Shown here: in pieces, positions 22,873-27,464 of the stretch | Layout: each line of letters begins with the position of its first letter | Position numbering within the stretch: the stretch's first letter is position 1 | Assembly (NCBI GenBank): GCA_051294375.1 | Contig: CM119266.1 | Location: forward strand, 8,712,177 to 8,739,640 | Direction: 5' to 3' | Length of the DNA stretch: 27,464 bases | From: Paraspadella gotoi | Lineage: Eukaryota; Animalia; Chaetognatha | The notes under the pieces: model-generated | Seen by the model: only the letters and a program-made list of their open reading frames with translations | Told to the model about the DNA's origin: nothing | Databases searched by the model: none | Translations under genes and position numbers: made by a program

Positions 22873-25800
22873 AAGATTCGACTGCTCTCAAATGTCGCAG
22901 GGGTGTTTAAAATTAAAAAAAATATCCGGGTCACGAAATGCATATAATTTTCGTCGTAATTTTAATGAAATAAATATTAAATTAAAACACGTGGCTCCTG
23001 TGATGCTTTTGGATTTCTTTTTTTCAGAGCTCTATGGCGGATCTAGTGAAATTGATGGTACCTTTGTTTTTATCTCTTCTCTTATGGCGAAATTGAAATT
23101 CATTTGTATCTCAACTTTTGTTTCTATTTCAATTCCGCAGGTGATCTGGCGAAAACTCATTCTCGCCTCGAATCAATCACGGAAATTTTCTTCCGAATCA
23201 AACTTCTTCCGGCATCACTGTTCTGGACGTAAATAAGGAGCTCTGATAGGAAAATACCGTGAAATTAATGAAATTAAAATGTTATGGAAAAGGTGTGAAG
23301 AATACTTAGAAATGCAGATGATGATGCAAAGAAAACGGATAATGTGAAAAATTTTGCGAATATTTAAAAATGTAGGACACGAGGGGCTGGACATGGAAGC
23401 GCAGATAAAAATAAGAGATTGAATGTGTTGCTGAGATGCTGTGGCCATGCTGCAGAAATACCTAAAAAAGTTATGGTTTTTTACAATTTCTCCGCCAGGT
23501 TCACGACAACGCCCTCTCGTCTCTCCCGCCGGAAATCGGCGAACTCGTTCACCTCCAGCGCCTCCACGCGTCGCACAACAAAATAACATCGCTGCCGACG
23601 GAAATGACGAGATGCGTCGAGTTGAAGAGTCTTCATCTGGATCACAATGAGTTGGAGGAGTTGCCGGGGGATATTGGTGAGGGATAGGGGGAGAAGGAGG
23701 GGGAGAGAGAGCGAAAGAGAGACAGAGAGATACAGCGAGATAGAAACTGAAAGACAGAAACAAAGACACTGTGAATACTAAGCAGAATCGCTGTTTCTTT
23801 TAGTGCCATGCCATAGGTCGAATTCATAACACTTAAATCACGTGTTAGTCGTGATCGTTGTAGTTTTTTCCCCATGCGGTCGATTCTTATCCGCGTGGTT
23901 GAGCGTTAATCGTCACCTTCTACTTTGGCGCCTTTTCAATTTCCTTTTCTTTTTTTTTGTCTTTTTTTTAAATTTTTTTAATTTCCTTTCCTCGTGGCTA
24001 AATGATCGATGCTTCTGGCTACACATTTTTTTTCCCTCGGGATCCGTTTCCTCACTCGGATATATTTAGTGTGAAAATCTCGCCTTTAAAATCACGTGTA
24101 TTTTTTATCATCGTATGTCTTTTGTTTGCAATTTCTTGATCTTCGAAACTGCAGATCGCGAGCGACATCTGTTGTACAATAAAGAAATTAAAAGCGAGGC
24201 CTTTTTGTTTTACTGAGGAACACACAATTCTAGGAAAAGAAAAACGACAAAATAACTTAACTAATTGATTATTAATTAAATAAAAAAATCACTTTATTTT
24301 TTTTTAAGGCGAACTAAATCTGTTAGAGGAATTTCGCATCGATCACAATAGCCTCACGTCTCTTCCTTCGTCCATCGGATTTTTGACTCGAGTACAAAAA
24401 CTCGATGTCTCCTACAATAAACTGACTAAGCTCCCTCCAGGTAAGGAATGAATGAATGAATGAATGAATGAATGAATGAATGAATGAATGGTGGATTAAT
24501 GAATGAAAGAAAATGATTTATTTAATTAATACATATGGGTAAAAGCAATAACAAATTCTTTTATGGCGTGTTATCGGGTACAGGAAAACCTGAATTTTGT
24601 ATCAATTGACTTTTTACATCTGTTTTTACTTACTACACTCGAATAGAAAGGTAAGGAAGCAAATATTTTTTCTCCCAAATTGAAAAAAAAAAATGTAAAT
24701 CTTTCTAAAAATCTAAGTCTTTCCTACTTTCGACTCCCAAGTTCCGCCAGTCAGTCTGTCCGTCCGCCAGGCTTATTTCTCTTTTCTTGATACGAAATCT
24801 CCAGATGATCAAAGTTCAGTTGTTCGATGTTCCATCGTCTCAAATAGTCGATCTCCTAGCGTCGATTTCCTCTCCACTTTTAATCAGTTGATGGAATCAG
24901 GAATCTTCTTCCATCTTTTCCTCCGATTTCTCGTCTNNNNNNNNNNTTGACTCTTGCTCTTGCAAATTCTCTTTTTCCTTTCCGTCTGATGTTGACTTGT
25001 CTCGTCTTTGCAGATTCCATTTGCTTCTCTTGTTGCCGACGTCGCCTTGTCAGAAGCCCTTTCGGCCAGATTGCTTTCGTATGATTATAATCAAGTCAAC
25101 CTACATAGTTTTCAGGTTCAAGTTGTCCCGTTCCGTTTATAGAATTTCGTTGCGTGGATTCTCTTTCCAATCTGTTTTTAATTCCTCTCTCCTTTTCTTT
25201 CCTCATCTTTCTTTTTCTTTCCCCTTCACCTGCCATACACTTTATTTTCGGATCCCGTTTAACCGTTCAATGTCCTTTTCTTTCAACTCTCCTTTTTCTA
25301 ATCTCCTTAACTTTCCATTCTCTGTCTCTTTCCAAACTGCTCATCGATTGTTCTTTCCAACGCCTTCTCTTTCCAATNNNNNNNNNNNNNNNNNNNNNNN
25401 NNNNNNNNNNNNNNNNNNNNNNNNNNNNNNNNNNNNNNNNNNNNNNNNNNNNNNNNNNNNNNNNNNNNNNNNNNNNNNNNNNNNNNNNNNNNNNNNNNNN
25501 NNNNNNNNNNNNNNNNNNNNNNNNNNNNNNNNNNNNNNNNNNNNNNNNNNNNNNNNNNNNNNNNNNNNNNNNNNNNNNNNNNNNNNNNNNNNNNNNNNNN
25601 NNNNNNNNNNNNNNNNNNNNNNNNNNNNNNNNNNNNNNNNNNNNNNNNNNNNNNNNNNNNNNNNNNNNNNNNNNNNNNNNNNNNNNNNNNNNNNNNNNNN
25701 NNNNNNNNNNNNNNNNNNNNNNNNNNNNNNNNNNNNNNNNNNNNNNNNNNNNNNNNNNNNNNNNNNNNNNNNNNNNNNNNNNNNNNNNNNNNNNNNNNNN

Positions 25801-27464
25801 NNNNNNNNNNNNNNNNNNNNNNNNNNNNNNNNNNNNNNNNNNNNNNNNNNNNNNNNNNNNNNNNNNNNNNNNNNNNNNNNNNNNNNNNNNNNNNNNNNNN
25901 NNNNNNNNNNNNNNNNNNNNNNNNNNNNNNNNNNNNNNNNNNNNNNNNNNNNNNNNNNNNNNNNNNNNNNNNNNNNNNNNNNNNNNNNNNNNNNNNNNNN
26001 NNNNNNNNNNNNNNNNNNNNNNNNNNNNNNNNNNNNNNNNNNNNNNNNNNNNNNNNNNNNNNNNNNNNNNNNNNNNNNNNNNNNNNNNNNNNNNNNNNNN
26101 NNNNNNNNNNNNNNNNNNNNNNNNNNNNNNNNNNNNNNNNNNNNNNNNNNNNNNNNNNNNNNNNNNNNNNNNNNNNNNNNNNNNNNNNNNNNNNNNNNNN
26201 NNNNNNNNNNNNNNNNNAATCATTCGATCAAACAATCAACAAACAATCAATCAGACAAATAGATCAATGAAGAAATCGATGAATCGATCCGTCAATCAAT
26301 CAATCGCAGAGTCAACCAATTGCCAAATCAATTAATGAATTAATCAATAGTGCTAAATTAATTACCAGATCAATCAATCAATTAATCAACCAATCAANNN
26401 NNNNNNNNNNNNNNNNNNNNNNNNNNNNNNNNNNNNNNNNNNNNNNNNNNNNNNNNNNNAAGAAAGAGTCAGAGAGAGTCAGAGAGAGTCAGAGAGAGAC
26501 AGAGGAAAAGAGACAGAGACAAAGAGATTCCCAAACTCGGGCGACGTTCGCGTCCTACTTTAAGTTCCCCCAAATGAAGTATAGCCCTGATCATAATTTT
26601 TACATATATGACAGAATCGAAATAACGATCAAATCACCACTGCATTTTAATCAATGTTTGTGCCTCATACCAAAGTGACAATACAACTGAAAGATTCGTC
26701 CTTCATTCCCCTTACCAGGCAACAACCGCCTGACTTCCTTACCCGCCTCGGCCCTGCCTTCCCTCCAATCCCTGACTTACCTCGAAGTCAGGGACAACAA
26801 ACTCACTTCGATTCCGGAGCAGATTTCGTCTTTGACGAGTTTGGAAAGATTCGACGTCGCCAACAACGATCTCGCTACGTGAGAGACTTTGTTCCTTCGT
26901 TCGTTCATTTCTTCGATCATTCATTCATTCATTCATTCATTCATTCATTCATTCATTCATTCATTCATTCAATTCCCTCGCATTCTTCCTCTAGTAATTA
27001 ATTCATTCCTTCCCTATCTCCCTCATTCATTCATTTCTTCCCTCCAGCTCACCCTCATCGTTTCCCTTGAAATCCGAACAATTCATTCATTCATTCATTC
27101 ATTCATACTTCGATTCTCTCGCTTCCTTCTTCCAGTCTGCCCCATTGGCTTACTCGCGTCTGTTAATTCAATATTCCTGTACAATTAATTTATTCATTCC
27201 TCCCTAATTCATCTCTTCCCTTTCAGCCTCCCCTACTCCCTCAGACTCCTCGCCCCGCTCTAATCCCTCTCGATGGGAACGCAATTCAATCATTCATTCC
27301 TTGTCTCATTCATTCCTCCCTTCATTCATTCCTTCCCTGCCTCCATTAATCTCTTTCCTTTCAGCCTTCCCTATTCCCTTGTACTCCTCGCCCCGCTCAA
27401 ATCCCTCTCTCTGGATGGCAACAAAATTCAATCATTCATTCCTTCTTTCCTTCATTCATTCCTT
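17489..27464 (+). CDS. LRRC40: Leucine-rich repeat-containing protein 40 orthologue, 3' end outside window; indels and duplicated exons in this assembly
   Basis: Exons 17489-17731, 18099-18215, 19067-19154, 19423-19596, 20192-20321, 22055-22226, 26719-26878. Exons 3-5 are repeated at 23141-23228, 23499-23676, 24309-24440. Diagnostic LRRC40 N-terminal motifs LKQARKSGQLNLSNK, VWRINLDVP and DRWWEQ are followed by LxxLxLxxNxLxxLP repeats. Confidence 0.88.
18205..18545 (+). repeat. G-rich degenerate repeat built from the LRRC40 exon 2 donor junction (TGGGAACAGGTGGGTGAGATGG)
   Basis: GGAACAG|GTGG occurs with GT at 18216, 18248, 18318 and 18347, with more degenerate copies further on. Confidence 0.8.
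21305..22050 (+). repeat. Long C/T-rich satellite (CCTTACCCCCTTCCCTTTCCC-like units)
   Basis: About 750 nt almost devoid of G, upstream of the acceptor at 22054. Confidence 0.9.
25378..26217. other. Assembly gap (N run); smaller gaps at 22336-22360, 24937-24946 and 26398-26459
   Basis: Runs of n in the sequence. Confidence 0.99.
27227..27440 (+). pseudogene. Tandem truncated copies of an LRRC40 acceptor plus exon start (LPYSL.LLAPLKSLSLDGN)
   Basis: Copies start at 27227 (in-frame TAA and a deletion) and 27365. Period is 138 nt, and both run into (ATTC)n without a GT donor. Confidence 0.65.

Larger units (their letters stand above)
18290..26262. repeat. Tandem ~4.07-kb duplication inside LRRC40 (about 18290-22335 vs 22361-26262), bounded by N-gaps
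   Basis: Identical ORFs at 18818 and 22892 (offset 4074). Sequence after the large gap (26218-26262) matches 22292-22335. Confidence 0.9.

Noticed and set aside
24997-26335. Long ORFs of 322-421 aa
   Set aside because: Artefacts of translating the N-gap.

Overview
Intron-rich eukaryotic, most likely invertebrate animal, genomic DNA with CpG-rich exons, AT-rich microsatellite-filled introns, homopolymer indels and N-gaps. Manual splicing gives four genes, all on the + strand. (1) A 5'-truncated doublecortin-like kinase (DCLK3-type), 160-7203. (2) A clean six-exon gene, 9181-12697, encoding a 300-aa protein in which a four-EF-hand calcium-binding domain is fused through a basic low-complexity linker to the N-terminus of a complete histone H2B fold. 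(3) A five-exon gene, 13376-15734, encoding a 268-aa permuted papain-like (PPPDE/DeSI/LRAT-type, His...NC) enzyme. (4) LRRC40 from 17489 to the window end, with a gap-flanked ~4-kb internal duplication and indels. The standout is the EF-hand-H2B fusion, a candidate calcium-sensing histone variant that the six-frame ORF track misses because it is split over six exons. Secondary observations are introns filled with copies of their own splice junctions, a palindromic kB/EBF-like site cluster and a tRNA-like Pol III element. All assignments come from hand translation and recalled motifs; no database search was run.
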